From the NCBI GenBank assembly GCA_963790305.1, contig CAWBOC010000009.1, positions 800,001-864,000 on the forward strand: a DNA stretch of 64,000 nt. The letters run 5' to 3'. Both the position numbers and the translations under genes were made by a program. The number at the start of each line of letters is the position of its first letter. Within the stretch, counting starts at the first letter, position 1. The DNA is from an uncultured Gemmatimonadaceae bacterium. Lineage in GTDB: Bacteria; Gemmatimonadota; Gemmatimonadetes; Gemmatimonadales; Gemmatimonadaceae. Below the pieces are notes generated by a model that was not told the DNA's origin, searched no databases, and saw only the letters and a list, made by a program, of their open reading frames with translations. This document shows, one piece after another, positions 8,428 through 18,252 of this stretch.

Positions 8428-11400
8428 CTACCGGCGCACCTCCGTACAGAGCAGCTCGGCGACGTCTTCGAGGGCGAACGGTTTCTCAATGTACGGGCGC
8501 CCACTCTCCGCCAGGAAGGACCGCGCCCCCTCGCTGTCCACGTCACCCGTGGCGAACACCACACGAGCGGCGTGCTCGGGGTCGCTCGCCTGTAGCTCCG
8601 CGAACAGGACATCGCCCGACATGTCGGGCATGCGCAGGTCGAGCAGAATCGCGTCGTACCGACGGGAGCGAGCATGCTCGAGAGCTTCGCGTCCGCTGGC
8701 GACCGCGTCCACCGTGTGCCCCTCGCGCTCGAGATACAGTGACAACGCGGCGCGGAGCGCGGGCTCGTCGTCGACGATGAGCATGGTGCGAGGCGCCGTC
8801 GATCGCTCGGGCGCCACTGGGATCTCGCCGGTGCGAGGGGCGGGCGCATGGACGATCGGCAGCTCGACGGTGAAGATCGCACCCTCACCGAGGCGCGAGG
8901 TCACGCGAATCTGCCCGCCATGCTCGCGAATGATCGCGTCGGAGATCGAGAGGCCGAGCCCCGTTCCTTCGCCGACCGGTTTCGTCGTGAAGAACGGGTT
9001 GAAGATCTGATCCAGCTCCTCCGCGGGAATGCCGGGACCGGTATCCGCGACCGACGCAACGATGAATTCTCCTTCGCGGCGCGTGCGCAGCGTAATCCGC
9101 TTGTCGCCACCGTGGTAGCGGAGCGCCTGCTCGGCGTTCGTCAGCAGATTGAGGATGACCTGCTGCACCTGGAACGCGTCCGCCCACGTGAGCGGAAGGT
9201 CCGGGTCGTAGTCGGTGTCGACCTCGATCTGGTGCGTGCGGAGCGAGTACCGCCGGAGCTCGAGCGTGTCCTGGAGTACCTGGTTGAGATCGGCGTCGGT
9301 GCGCTCGGGATGCCGCTGGCGCGCGAAGATGAGCAGGTTCGAGACGATCTTGGCGGCGCGCTTCGCCTCCTTGTGAATCGTGACGAGCGCGTCCTGCTGG
9401 TCGGGATTCGCGCTGGACATGGCGAGCATGAGCTGCGAGAACGCCATGATGCCGGCGAGCGGATTGTTCAGCTCGTGCGCGACACCGCTCACGAGCTGCC
9501 CCACCGCCGCCAGCTTCTCGCGCTGGAGCAGCTGCTCGGCGAGCGTCCGCTCTTCGGTCATGTCACGCACAATGCCGAGACATCCGGTGACACGCCCCTC
9601 CTCGACGATCGGCGTCATCGTCACCGAGCCGACGCGCAGCGACTCGTGCGCATCCCGATAGCGGATCTCACCACGGACGCGCTCGCCGCGAAGGGTCGCC
9701 TCGAAGTGCGACCACACCGAATCACGGTCGGACGCTTCAATGAGGTCGATGAATCGCATGCCGAACATCTCACCACGCGAGCGACCAATGGCGCGCTCGA
9801 GCGCGCGATTCACCGAAGTGACGCGGCCGTCGGAGTCGATGGTGAAGATGGCGTCCAATGCCGATTCCACGAGGCGGAGGTAGCGCGCCTCGGAGCGAAC
9901 CAGCGCCTCCTCACGTGCGCGATCAGCCGTCAGGTCCCGAACAATGGCGAGCACGCCGATCACATCGTTGCCGCGAAGCATTGGCGTGTTCGTGACGGAG
10001 GCGACGCGACGATCACCGGTCTTCCGGTAGAAGTGGCACTCGTAGCGCTCGGCGGTACCGGCGAGCGCCTCGTTGAAGTGCGTCTTCACCGTGGCCACCT
10101 CTTCCTCTTCGAGCAGGCCGAGGATCGAGCGGCCCAGGAGCTCCTCCCGCCCGTACCCGGTGATCTGACAGGTGGCAAGGTTGGCCGAGGTGAAGGTCGC
10201 GCGCTTGTCGAGCGTGAAGATCGCGTCGGGAGCGGTCTCGAACAGGTTGCGATAGCGGGCTTCCGATTGCGCCACGGCATCGCGCGCCCGACGCTCTTCG
10301 GTGACATCGCGCAGCGAGGCGACGACGCCGGTGATCTGGCCAACCTCGCGCAGCGGTGCGGTACTGATCGCGACGGTACGACGATCGCCGTCGGCGCACA
10401 CGATGATCGTCTCGTAGCGCTGCGGCTCCCCGGCGAATGCCATCTCTTCACGACGCGCGACGTCCTCCCGCAGCTCGGGAACGACGAGCTCGCCGGCGGG
10501 CATGCCCATGATCGCGCCATCGGCATAGCCGAACAGATCGTCGGCCGCGGGATTGGCGAACTCAATGCGCTTCGCGCGATTGGTGATGACGATCGCGTCG
10601 CGTGACGTCTCCACGACGCGGCGGTACCGCTCCGCGAGCATGTGGAACGACGTGACGTCATCGAAGGTGACGACGGCGCCACCGCTGGGATGCGGCGAGG
10701 CCACGACGTCGAATACCTTCCCACGCGCCATCGAGCGCTGGGTCCCGTGACCGGTATGTCCCTCGACCAGCGCCTTGCCGATCACGCAGTCGCTCGGCGG
10801 GTGATGCTCTCGCAACACGGCTTGATAGAACGGATGGCCCACGAGATCCTCAGCGCGCGTGACGTTCGCGAGCTGAAGCGCGCGGGCGTTGCTGCGGACG
10901 ATCCGGCCCTCCGTGTCGAGCACGACCATCCCGCCGGCAATGGCGTCGAAGGCCACCTGCCATTCGCGCGTCGCGCTCGCCACCTCCTCGAACAGTCGTG
11001 CGTTCACGATGGCGACGCCGACGTGATCGGCGAGGCGTTGCAGAACGCGCGCGTCGTCCTCCGTGAAGTCGGCCGCACGGTTGATCGCCGCCAGCGTCCC
11101 AATGGCTCCGCGTGCGGTGATCAGCGGTACGGTGATGGCCTTGTAAATTCCGGCGGCTTCGTGCGCCGGCCCGTATACACCCTCTTCCGGGGCCCGGTTG
11201 GCGATTACGTAGGCGTGACTGAGAAATGCGCGACCGTTGAGGCTGCCAGCGATGGGGAGCCGCATGCCCCGCAGCGCCTCGGTGGCACCAACGGCCTCGA
11301 CGACCTCGAGGTCGTCGCCGTCCTGAAGCGCCACGCAGGCCCCTTCAACGCGCAGCAGGGCGGACGTGTGCCGGAGCGTGAGATTCAGCACATCGCTGAG

Positions 11401-12594
11401 ACGCAGCGACTCATTCACGGCGCGGGCGACATCGGCCAATGCTTCGCTCTGCCGCCGCTCGCGCTGGCTCTCCGCGTACAGGCGCGCATTGGCCAGAGCC
11501 ACCGCGGCCTGCGCGCCCATCGTGAGGAGGACTTCCTCATCCTCGTCGGTGTAGCCGTCGTGCTGTCTCGTGTACGCGGCGAGCACGCCAAGGAGCTGGA
11601 TGCCGACCATGATCGGCACCGCAATGAGCGCGCGCGGCGGCTCATCATCAGCCACCACGTCATCGTCGGCGAGTGCGGTGATCTCGGCCTGTTTCAGTCG
11701 CACCGAGCGACCGGTTCGCGCAACGGTGGCGATCGGGCCACCGCCTAACGGCACCGGAGGCCGCGCCGACGGCATCGAGCGCACCAGGCGCACCAACGTG
11801 ACAATGCGGCGCGTGTCGAGCTCCGGCCGGGCAATGACGATGCCATCGGCGTCGATGACGCGCGCGACCTGGCGCGCGAGCTCGCGCAGGATTTCCCCTT
11901 CCTCGAGCGAACGCGACAGGGCGCTCCCGACGTCGTGCAGGCGTTGCAGCCGCTCCGCGCGCCGGCGGGCGACGTCCGCGAGCGTTGCCTCGGTCACGGT
12001 GAGTACCACCTGGCGGCCAAGCAGCTCGGCGGTGCGCACGAGCGACTCGCTGACGGGTCCCTCCTCCGTCCCGGCGAGGACGAGCAACGCCACCAGGCGC
12101 CCGTCGCGGCGCCGGAGCGGAAGGAGGAGGATCTCCGAGGCATCGAGCGCAACCGCCCCGAGCTCCCGCGTGACCCACGCATCGCGCGTGTCGAGGCGGA
12201 ACGAGGCGCCCGTTCGGAAGCGCGCCAGCTCATCGAGGCGCCGCGGCCATGCCCCCGGATCGCCCAACGCGCGTCTGACCACCGTCTCCGCGTCGGCTAC
12301 CGCACCGGACGCCGCGACGTGCACTGATTGGCCGGGCTCGTCCTGCAAAGCCACCGCCGCACGCGCAAAGCCCAGCGCGCGCATCCCGCGTAGCAGCACG
12401 CCAAGGCGCGCGTCGAGCGATCCCGAGCGCTCCAGGTCACGCAGGGAATCCTGAAGCACCAGCAATCGATCGCGTTCACGCGCCAGCTCGCGCATCGCCC
12501 GCGCCTGCTCCGGTGCGAGCCCCTCGAGCAATGGAAGCGGAGCGGGCGCGGTCGGACGCGACACGGACGTGGCTGACCTTGAGACGTCGGTCAT
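8428..12594 (-). CDS. Hybrid histidine kinase (GAF domains, multiple PAS, HisKA, HATPase, REC)
   Basis: AHELNNPL, NLLTNA, DTGPG, FFTTK...GTGLGL, C-terminal receiver. Confidence 0.92.
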   Translation of the reverse strand: MTDVSRSATSVSRPTAPAPLPLLEGLAPEQARAMRELARERDRLLVLQDSLRDLERSGSLDARLGVLLRGMRALGFARAAVALQDEPGQSVHVAASGAVADAETVVRRALGDPGAWPRRLDELARFRTGASFRLDTRDAWVTRELGAVALDASEILLLPLRRRDGRLVALLVLAGTEEGPVSESLVRTAELLGRQVVLTVTEATLADVARRRAERLQRLHDVGSALSRSLEEGEILRELARQVARVIDADGIVIARPELDTRRIVTLVRLVRSMPSARPPVPLGGGPIATVARTGRSVRLKQAEITALADDDVVADDEPPRALIAVPIMVGIQLLGVLAAYTRQHDGYTDEDEEVLLTMGAQAAVALANARLYAESQRERRQSEALADVARAVNESLRLSDVLNLTLRHTSALLRVEGACVALQDGDDLEVVEAVGATEALRGMRLPIAGSLNGRAFLSHAYVIANRAPEEGVYGPAHEAAGIYKAITVPLITARGAIGTLAAINRAADFTEDDARVLQRLADHVGVAIVNARLFEEVASATREWQVAFDAIAGGMVVLDTEGRIVRSNARALQLANVTRAEDLVGHPFYQAVLREHHPPSDCVIGKALVEGHTGHGTQRSMARGKVFDVVASPHPSGGAVVTFDDVTSFHMLAERYRRVVETSRDAIVITNRAKRIEFANPAADDLFGYADGAIMGMPAGELVVPELREDVARREEMAFAGEPQRYETIIVCADGDRRTVAISTAPLREVGQITGVVASLRDVTEERRARDAVAQSEARYRNLFETAPDAIFTLDKRATFTSANLATCQITGYGREELLGRSILGLLEEEEVATVKTHFNEALAGTAERYECHFYRKTGDRRVASVTNTPMLRGNDVIGVLAIVRDLTADRAREEALVRSEARYLRLVESALDAIFTIDSDGRVTSVNRALERAIGRSRGEMFGMRFIDLIEASDRDSVWSHFEATLRGERVRGEIRYRDAHESLRVGSVTMTPIVEEGRVTGCLGIVRDMTEERTLAEQLLQREKLAAVGQLVSGVAHELNNPLAGIMAFSQLMLAMSSANPDQQDALVTIHKEAKRAAKIVSNLLIFARQRHPERTDADLNQVLQDTLELRRYSLRTHQIEVDTDYDPDLPLTWADAFQVQQVILNLLTNAEQALRYHGGDKRITLRTRREGEFIVASVADTGPGIPAEELDQIFNPFFTTKPVGEGTGLGLSISDAIIREHGGQIRVTSRLGEGAIFTVELPIVHAPAPRTGEIPVAPERSTAPRTMLIVDDEPALRAALSLYLEREGHTVDAVASGREALEHARSRRYDAILLDLRMPDMSGDVLFAELQASDPEHAARVVFATGDVDSEGARSFLAESGRPYIEKPFALEDVAELLCTEVRR

Positions 12595-12664
12595 TCGGGC
12601 GGGATCAGGGAATCACCGGCCACGCGGTGGGGGGAGGCCAATGTAGAGTTTCTTGACAGCAGGG

Positions 12665-13558
12665 TCAACCGACCCGAGGCAGCAACAGACGTGCGGCGCG
12701 AGGATAGACTTCGATCTCCACCGGCGTCATCCCAACGAGCTCGCCGTCGGCCTGCGCGTCCTGCGGAGGGTAACACTCGATTTGAAAGCGTCTTCCGGAT
12801 CGATACACGACCGCGCGATGAGGGCGGAAGTCCTTGCGTAGCAACCGCCAGGCAATGCCCAGAGCCTCCCACGCGCTCGTCGGAGAAAAGACGCATAAGT
12901 CCAGCTTGCCGTCATCCCGCGCAATGCCGGGGCCGAGCACGATCAAATCGCTGAGGACCGCGCCGAAGTTCGCGACCATCACGGCGGTCGCATCGCGCTC
13001 GACGGTGTCGCCATCGACCGTCGCGCGTACGCGAAAGGTGACGTTGCGCAACGAGGCCCGCAGGGCGACGAACGCGTAGGCGATAATCCCGAGACGCCGC
13101 TTCCAGATCGGTGGGGTGTCGCGGATCATGCGAGCATCGACGCCAACTCCCCATGAGAAGGCGAAGCAACGCCCGGAGGCGAGTCTCCCGAGGTCGACGT
13201 CGGCGACTTCGCCCTTGAGAAGGGCCGTGGCGGCGCGGCGGGTGGCAATGGGGATTCCGAGCGCGCGCGCAACGAGGTTACCCGTTCCGCCGGGGAGGAT
13301 TCCGATTGGGATGCCGCGGCCGGCGAGCGCTCCGACGACCTCCATCGCGGTGCCATCACCACCGAGCGTGAACACCGCCTGGTAGTTCCCGGCGCGCTCG
13401 GCCGCGATCTGGGCGGCGTGGCCAGGCCGCTCGGTCGTGACGACATCGACACGTGCGCCCCGGGCGCCTAACGCGCGCGCGGCCGCGGCGAGGCGGCGAC
13501 GAGCACGACGCGCGGCGGGGTTGGCGACGAGGAGGAACGGCCCCCTCAGAAGCTCCAT
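12665..13558 (-). CDS. Diacylglycerol kinase-family (YegS/BmrU) lipid kinase
   Basis: LVANPAA, GGDGT, PGGTGN, ADGE; start reassigned to ATG at 13558. Confidence 0.88.
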   Translation of the reverse strand: MELLRGPFLLVANPAARRARRRLAAAARALGARGARVDVVTTERPGHAAQIAAERAGNYQAVFTLGGDGTAMEVVGALAGRGIPIGILPGGTGNLVARALGIPIATRRAATALLKGEVADVDLGRLASGRCFAFSWGVGVDARMIRDTPPIWKRRLGIIAYAFVALRASLRNVTFRVRATVDGDTVERDATAVMVANFGAVLSDLIVLGPGIARDDGKLDLCVFSPTSAWEALGIAWRLLRKDFRPHRAVVYRSGRRFQIECYPPQDAQADGELVGMTPVEIEVYPRAARLLLPRVG

Positions 13559-16500
13559 TCCCGGAACAGATCGAGACCGAACTGCCGGGGCCGATTGAAC
13601 TCGACGGCGTCGGTGCGGCAGAGCGCGGCGCTGGTGGCTGGCTCCACGCTCATCTGGAGGGAGAATCCGTGATTCAGCCGGTGCTCGAGGGTAAGACCGA
13701 ATGCGTCGAGAAAGCGGTGGTTCTGCGCGTCCTGTCCGCCAATGGAGCACAGGCCCGCGTTGGCGCTCAGGAAGGTGCGCTCGGTGAGCTGCTTCCCGAA
13801 AGCGATGCGGGACTGCCACAGCAGATTGAGCGGGTCGGTGTCGACCTGGTAGAACTGCCGGTTCTGCGTCGTCTGCAGCTGAAACATGTCGAGAAAGCGC
13901 AGCTGATCGAATATCGCTCGCTCGGCCAGTGCGCCGAGTGTCGGGACCAGCGTGGCGAACGCGGTCTGGAGCTGGCCAGTGTTCTCAGCGACGAACGTCG
14001 GCTGGCCAGATACGAGGTAGCTGAGGATCTGCGTCTCGGAGATCTGGATCCGCTCGTCGCTCGACAGCGCGAGCCGCGGCTGCGAAAGGGTGCCGCCGAT
14101 CGTGACGCGAATGCGGACGTCACGACGGTCGCTGCCCGCCTGACGCACCGTGTGCACGGCGACGATGTCGAGCGCGGGATCGATCACCGGACCGCCGAAG
14201 AAGGTGATCACTCCGCGCTGCACCTCGAACGTGCGGATCACGCCGGGGGCGAGATACATGCGATACGTGCCCCGGTTGGCGAGAAGCGGTCCCTCGAGCG
14301 TGATCTGGTCACCCGTGAGTGTCACGCTCACCGAGCCCTCGAGCTTGATGCTCGCCTCCTGCGAGCGGAGCCATACGTCCTCGCCGATCGCGATGTCAAC
14401 GTTGCTGACCGACATGTTCCTCTTCAGGTCCTCCATCCAGCCCGGCCCGCGCCCGATGGGAGTAATCGCGCTGAAGGATGTCGTATCGATGAACGCACCG
14501 AACTCATCGTCCTCCAGCCGGTCCACGTTGACGATCTGCTTCCGAAGGCGCTCGCGCAGGTATACGGCTCCGCGCTCCACGCGCAATCCGCCGGTGAGGA
14601 GCGAGCCCTCGTAGTTCCCCGCCAGCCGCAGGTCGCCGCTGATGTCGAGGTCGGCAATGCGGCGTTGGCGAATCGCCTGAAAGTTGTTCGCTCTGAACAT
14701 CACATCGAAGGCGGACCGCCGCGCGAGGCACTCCACCAGGGAGATCGACGCGCAGGCACTGTCCTCGCTTTCCGAGAATCGCACACTTCCGCTCAGGAAC
14801 GCGCGGCTGTCGCGCGCCTCACCGCTGGCCATCACCAGACTATCGAGCCGGATCGTCGGGACCGAGTCGCCGGTGAGGGTGAGGCTCCCGTTGATGCTGC
14901 GGAGCAGCGTACCCGTCGAGGCGAGCGCCATCTGCCCGTCGCGAATGAGCACGTTCCCCGCGAAGCTCGGTCGCGTCCACGTTCCGGCGACGTCGAGCCG
15001 AGCCTGCAAGCGGCCGGTCGCGTTGGTCACTCGCGGGACCATCGTTTCTATCAGCGCCAGGTTCATGCTGTCGGCGCGGAGGCTGAGGCGCAGGGAATCG
15101 TCGATCATCCGCTTCTCGACGCTCGTCAGCGCCAGATCGAGCGGGAGGCTCGCCAACAGACTGATCGCCGGCTGGTTGTCACGGACGAGCAGCACCTCAC
15201 CGTCCAGGCGCCGTCGAGCGTAGGTCGCGCGAGCATCGAGCCGGGGAAAGCGAATCTCATCGACGCGCACCGTGTCGCCGGTCGCGCTCAGCCGCATCGT
15301 GGGATCGTCCCGCATGCCGGTGATCGCGAGCTCGAGCGTGAGCAACCCACCTAACGGCGACCGGCTCTGCGCCAGTGCGCCAAGGTCGGCGAGCGGCACC
15401 TGATGCAGCCGGAACGACGCGTCGACGGGCCGATTGGCGGGAAAATCGCCGGCCAGCACGACCCGCGCGCCGCCGTCGGCGACCAGCGCCAGCGAGTCGA
15501 TGCCGATGCTGGTGGAATCGAGCATCACGCGCGCGGGCGCCGCCATCGTCCACTGGCGATCGCCGATCACCGCCCCGAGCGTGTCCACGAGCAGACGGGT
15601 CGTGTCACCGCTGAACGCGTACGCGAGTGACATCCGCCCGCGAGGACCGGTCGCGCTGCCAATGCCGAGCGCCAGCCGGCCCGCGTTGGGGCCAGCGGCG
15701 TCGAGCGCCACGCGCGCCGAGTCGAGGCGCACGCCTGCGACGACGACTGTGTCGAGGGCCAGCGTGAGTAGACCGGCCGGCGTGCGTGGCAGACCCCGCA
15801 CCGCATAGTTGCCGCGCAACGATCGCGCGCGATCGCCGGCGATGAACAGGTCGCGTCCCTCGACGCTTCCGGAAGTCGCGAGCGAATCGATCGAGCCGCT
15901 GAGCCAGCCACTCATCTCGAAGCGTCCGGCGAGGGAATCCTGATAGGCGGTAACGAGCGAGTCACGCCGCGCGCCGGTGGCGGTGTCCTCACGGGCAAGT
16001 GCGCGAGCGCCGCGCCCCGCGCGATCCGTCGGGATCCAGGGACGGAGGCCGCCGAGCGAGTCGACGACGATCGTGTATCGAAGCGAGTCGGGGCGCATGT
16101 CGGCGAGCGAAAGCGCGCCAGATGCGGTCAGGGTGGCTGCCGTCGTTTCGACGCGCATCGTGTCGACCCGCAGCAGCCCGCCGGCGAAGGTGAGCGCGGC
16201 CGTAGAGGGGAAGATGCGGACGCCACCGACCGTCGATCGGTCGAGATCGATCGCAAGCGTCCCATCGAGGTTGGCGAGCGAGTCCCCGCTCAAGTTCGCG
16301 CGGTATTGTCCGGTGAGCCGCGAAGCGAGGATATCCGCGCGCGCGAGCAAGGCTCGCGGGTCGAGGTCCTCCACCGCCCCGGTCATCTGGGCGGCAAAGC
16401 GCGGGGCGGTCATGTCGAAGCGCCCGTCCACGCTCATCATGCCGGCATCGCCGCGCATCGTCGTCGCGAGGACAAGATCCGCCATCGTCCCCTGCACGCG

Positions 16501-18159
16501 GAGCGGACCGGTGTGCGGCCCGCGCGCGGGAAGCGCGGGATACGAACGCGCGAACTGAGTGAAGTCGATCGGCTGCGCGAAGAGGTCGACATCGAACGCC
16601 ATGAGCTCCTCGCCGTACGTCACCCGTCCCGACCCCGTGAACCGCGACTCTCCCGGGCCACCGTCCCGCAGCGTGAGGTCCGCGTCGCTGAAGCGGACGT
16701 CCATCCACGACGAGTCGAGCACGGCCGTGCCCGAGATCGTACCGCGGAGCCGTGGAAAGTCGGCGAAGAGATACTGCGGCGTGCGTAGATCGAGCGTCTC
16801 GATGTCGAGCGAGAGACTGAGAAACTTGGCGAACGCCGGGTCGAGAATGTTGATGCCGCCACTGGCCGTCGCGCGCGTCACCGCTCCCGGCACGTGCTTG
16901 TCGCGGAAGGTGATGTTCGCCTGGTCGACCATGAAGCGGTCGAGGCGACCACCGCGTCCGCGGACGTTACCCGTCAGCGTTCCCTGCCAGTCGACGGGAA
17001 ACGGACCGCCCGCCAGCGTGCGAAAGAGGTCGAAGTCCACCGGCTCCGCGCGCAGGTCCACGTCTTTCACGACAAGCACCGGGCCGCCGACGCCGAACGT
17101 CCAGTCACCGACGAGGTGAGACTTCGCCGCACGCACGTCCATGCGCGTGATGCGATAGTCGATCACGCGTGGGTCGCGCTCGTCGTTCACGATGTGGAGC
17201 AGCATGCGACCGCCGCCCTCCCGCGGGAGCGTCGGGTACACCCACGCGATGTCGGCGAGGGCTACGGTGTCTCCCGCCACCTGCACATCGTATCGCACCG
17301 GGCCCCGTTGCTTCCAGTGCACCATACCGCGCGCGCGACCGGTGGAGCCGGGCAGGTCGAAGTGCGTGATGTCGAATCGCACCGTGTCGTCCCCGATGCG
17401 AACGGGACCGCGCACGTCGCGGAACTTGAATGGGGGATCGCTCTCGTCCACATCCATGTCGCCGACGACGATGAGACGGCCCGCGCTGTCGGGATCGGCG
17501 ACGCGAGCGAACGGCGCCTCGACCTGGAGTCCCGTCCACCGCCACGTCTTCTTCAGCCCTTCCTTCGTCTCACGAATCTCGTGACCACCCGTCGTGCGCG
17601 CATACGCGAGCGCCGAATCGCGCTGGCGGGCGGTGAGCGTGTCGGAGGGCGACCACGGCATGGTGACGATGACGGTACCGTCACGAATGGTCGCGCTGTC
17701 AATGACGATGTAGTCGCCGAAGCGGCGATCGGGAGTGCGAACGCGCGGGGCACCCTTCGGGAACACGCGCCGGTAGTTCCATACGCCGTCCGAGTGCCGG
17801 CGCAGGTTCACGAAGGGCTTGTGGATGACGATGTGCTCGATGAGCAGGCGCTTGTCGATGATGTCGCGCGGATCGTAGTTGATCTCGATGGGCCCCGCGC
17901 TGACGAAGAGGGAATCTTCCTCGTCGCGGATGGCGAACGAGTCGACGACGACGCCGGTGAGGAGCCCGCCGCTGATGCGCCCGATGTGCATCGTGCCCCG
18001 CTTGCCGAGCTTCGACGCGACTTGCGCCTGGAGGTAGCGGCGCACGTAGTCCCGTCCAAGATCCGTCTGCGTCACCGATAACACAGCCGCCGCCGCGACG
18101 ACTCCAATGAGGAGCATCGCGGCGGCGCTGATGATGGCGACGAGACGGCGACGGGACAT
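13546..18159 (-). CDS. tamB: TamB/AsmA-like translocation-assembly module protein
   Basis: N-terminal membrane anchor, long beta-rich body, C-terminal DUF490-like region (IGGTLSQPRLALSS...ILSYL); adjacent to an Omp85 gene. Confidence 0.8.
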   Translation of the reverse strand: MSRRRLVAIISAAAMLLIGVVAAAAVLSVTQTDLGRDYVRRYLQAQVASKLGKRGTMHIGRISGGLLTGVVVDSFAIRDEEDSLFVSAGPIEINYDPRDIIDKRLLIEHIVIHKPFVNLRRHSDGVWNYRRVFPKGAPRVRTPDRRFGDYIVIDSATIRDGTVIVTMPWSPSDTLTARQRDSALAYARTTGGHEIRETKEGLKKTWRWTGLQVEAPFARVADPDSAGRLIVVGDMDVDESDPPFKFRDVRGPVRIGDDTVRFDITHFDLPGSTGRARGMVHWKQRGPVRYDVQVAGDTVALADIAWVYPTLPREGGGRMLLHIVNDERDPRVIDYRITRMDVRAAKSHLVGDWTFGVGGPVLVVKDVDLRAEPVDFDLFRTLAGGPFPVDWQGTLTGNVRGRGGRLDRFMVDQANITFRDKHVPGAVTRATASGGINILDPAFAKFLSLSLDIETLDLRTPQYLFADFPRLRGTISGTAVLDSSWMDVRFSDADLTLRDGGPGESRFTGSGRVTYGEELMAFDVDLFAQPIDFTQFARSYPALPARGPHTGPLRVQGTMADLVLATTMRGDAGMMSVDGRFDMTAPRFAAQMTGAVEDLDPRALLARADILASRLTGQYRANLSGDSLANLDGTLAIDLDRSTVGGVRIFPSTAALTFAGGLLRVDTMRVETTAATLTASGALSLADMRPDSLRYTIVVDSLGGLRPWIPTDRAGRGARALAREDTATGARRDSLVTAYQDSLAGRFEMSGWLSGSIDSLATSGSVEGRDLFIAGDRARSLRGNYAVRGLPRTPAGLLTLALDTVVVAGVRLDSARVALDAAGPNAGRLALGIGSATGPRGRMSLAYAFSGDTTRLLVDTLGAVIGDRQWTMAAPARVMLDSTSIGIDSLALVADGGARVVLAGDFPANRPVDASFRLHQVPLADLGALAQSRSPLGGLLTLELAITGMRDDPTMRLSATGDTVRVDEIRFPRLDARATYARRRLDGEVLLVRDNQPAISLLASLPLDLALTSVEKRMIDDSLRLSLRADSMNLALIETMVPRVTNATGRLQARLDVAGTWTRPSFAGNVLIRDGQMALASTGTLLRSINGSLTLTGDSVPTIRLDSLVMASGEARDSRAFLSGSVRFSESEDSACASISLVECLARRSAFDVMFRANNFQAIRQRRIADLDISGDLRLAGNYEGSLLTGGLRVERGAVYLRERLRKQIVNVDRLEDDEFGAFIDTTSFSAITPIGRGPGWMEDLKRNMSVSNVDIAIGEDVWLRSQEASIKLEGSVSVTLTGDQITLEGPLLANRGTYRMYLAPGVIRTFEVQRGVITFFGGPVIDPALDIVAVHTVRQAGSDRRDVRIRVTIGGTLSQPRLALSSDERIQISETQILSYLVSGQPTFVAENTGQLQTAFATLVPTLGALAERAIFDQLRFLDMFQLQTTQNRQFYQVDTDPLNLLWQSRIAFGKQLTERTFLSANAGLCSIGGQDAQNHRFLDAFGLTLEHRLNHGFSLQMSVEPATSAALCRTDAVEFNRPRQFGLDLFREWSF

Positions 18160-18163
18160 GGTG

Positions 18164-18252
18164 AAGGGCGCTAGGGGCGCTAAGGGCGCTAGGAGCGCTA
18201 ATGTGGTTAGGGTTTCAGCGCCCTTAGCGCCCCCAGCGCCCTTAGCGCCCTA
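18164..18252. repeat. Inverted tandem-repeat element, family D (AAGGGCGCT)n...(AGCGCCCTT)n
   Basis: 9-mer arms filling the space between the TamA-like and tamB genes. Confidence 0.9.

Noticed and set aside
13453..15354. Long antisense ORFs (also 8848..10605, 19000..20436, 29262..30584, 30488..31951, 39288..40715)
   Set aside because: Shadows of real genes in high-GC DNA, with no recognisable motifs
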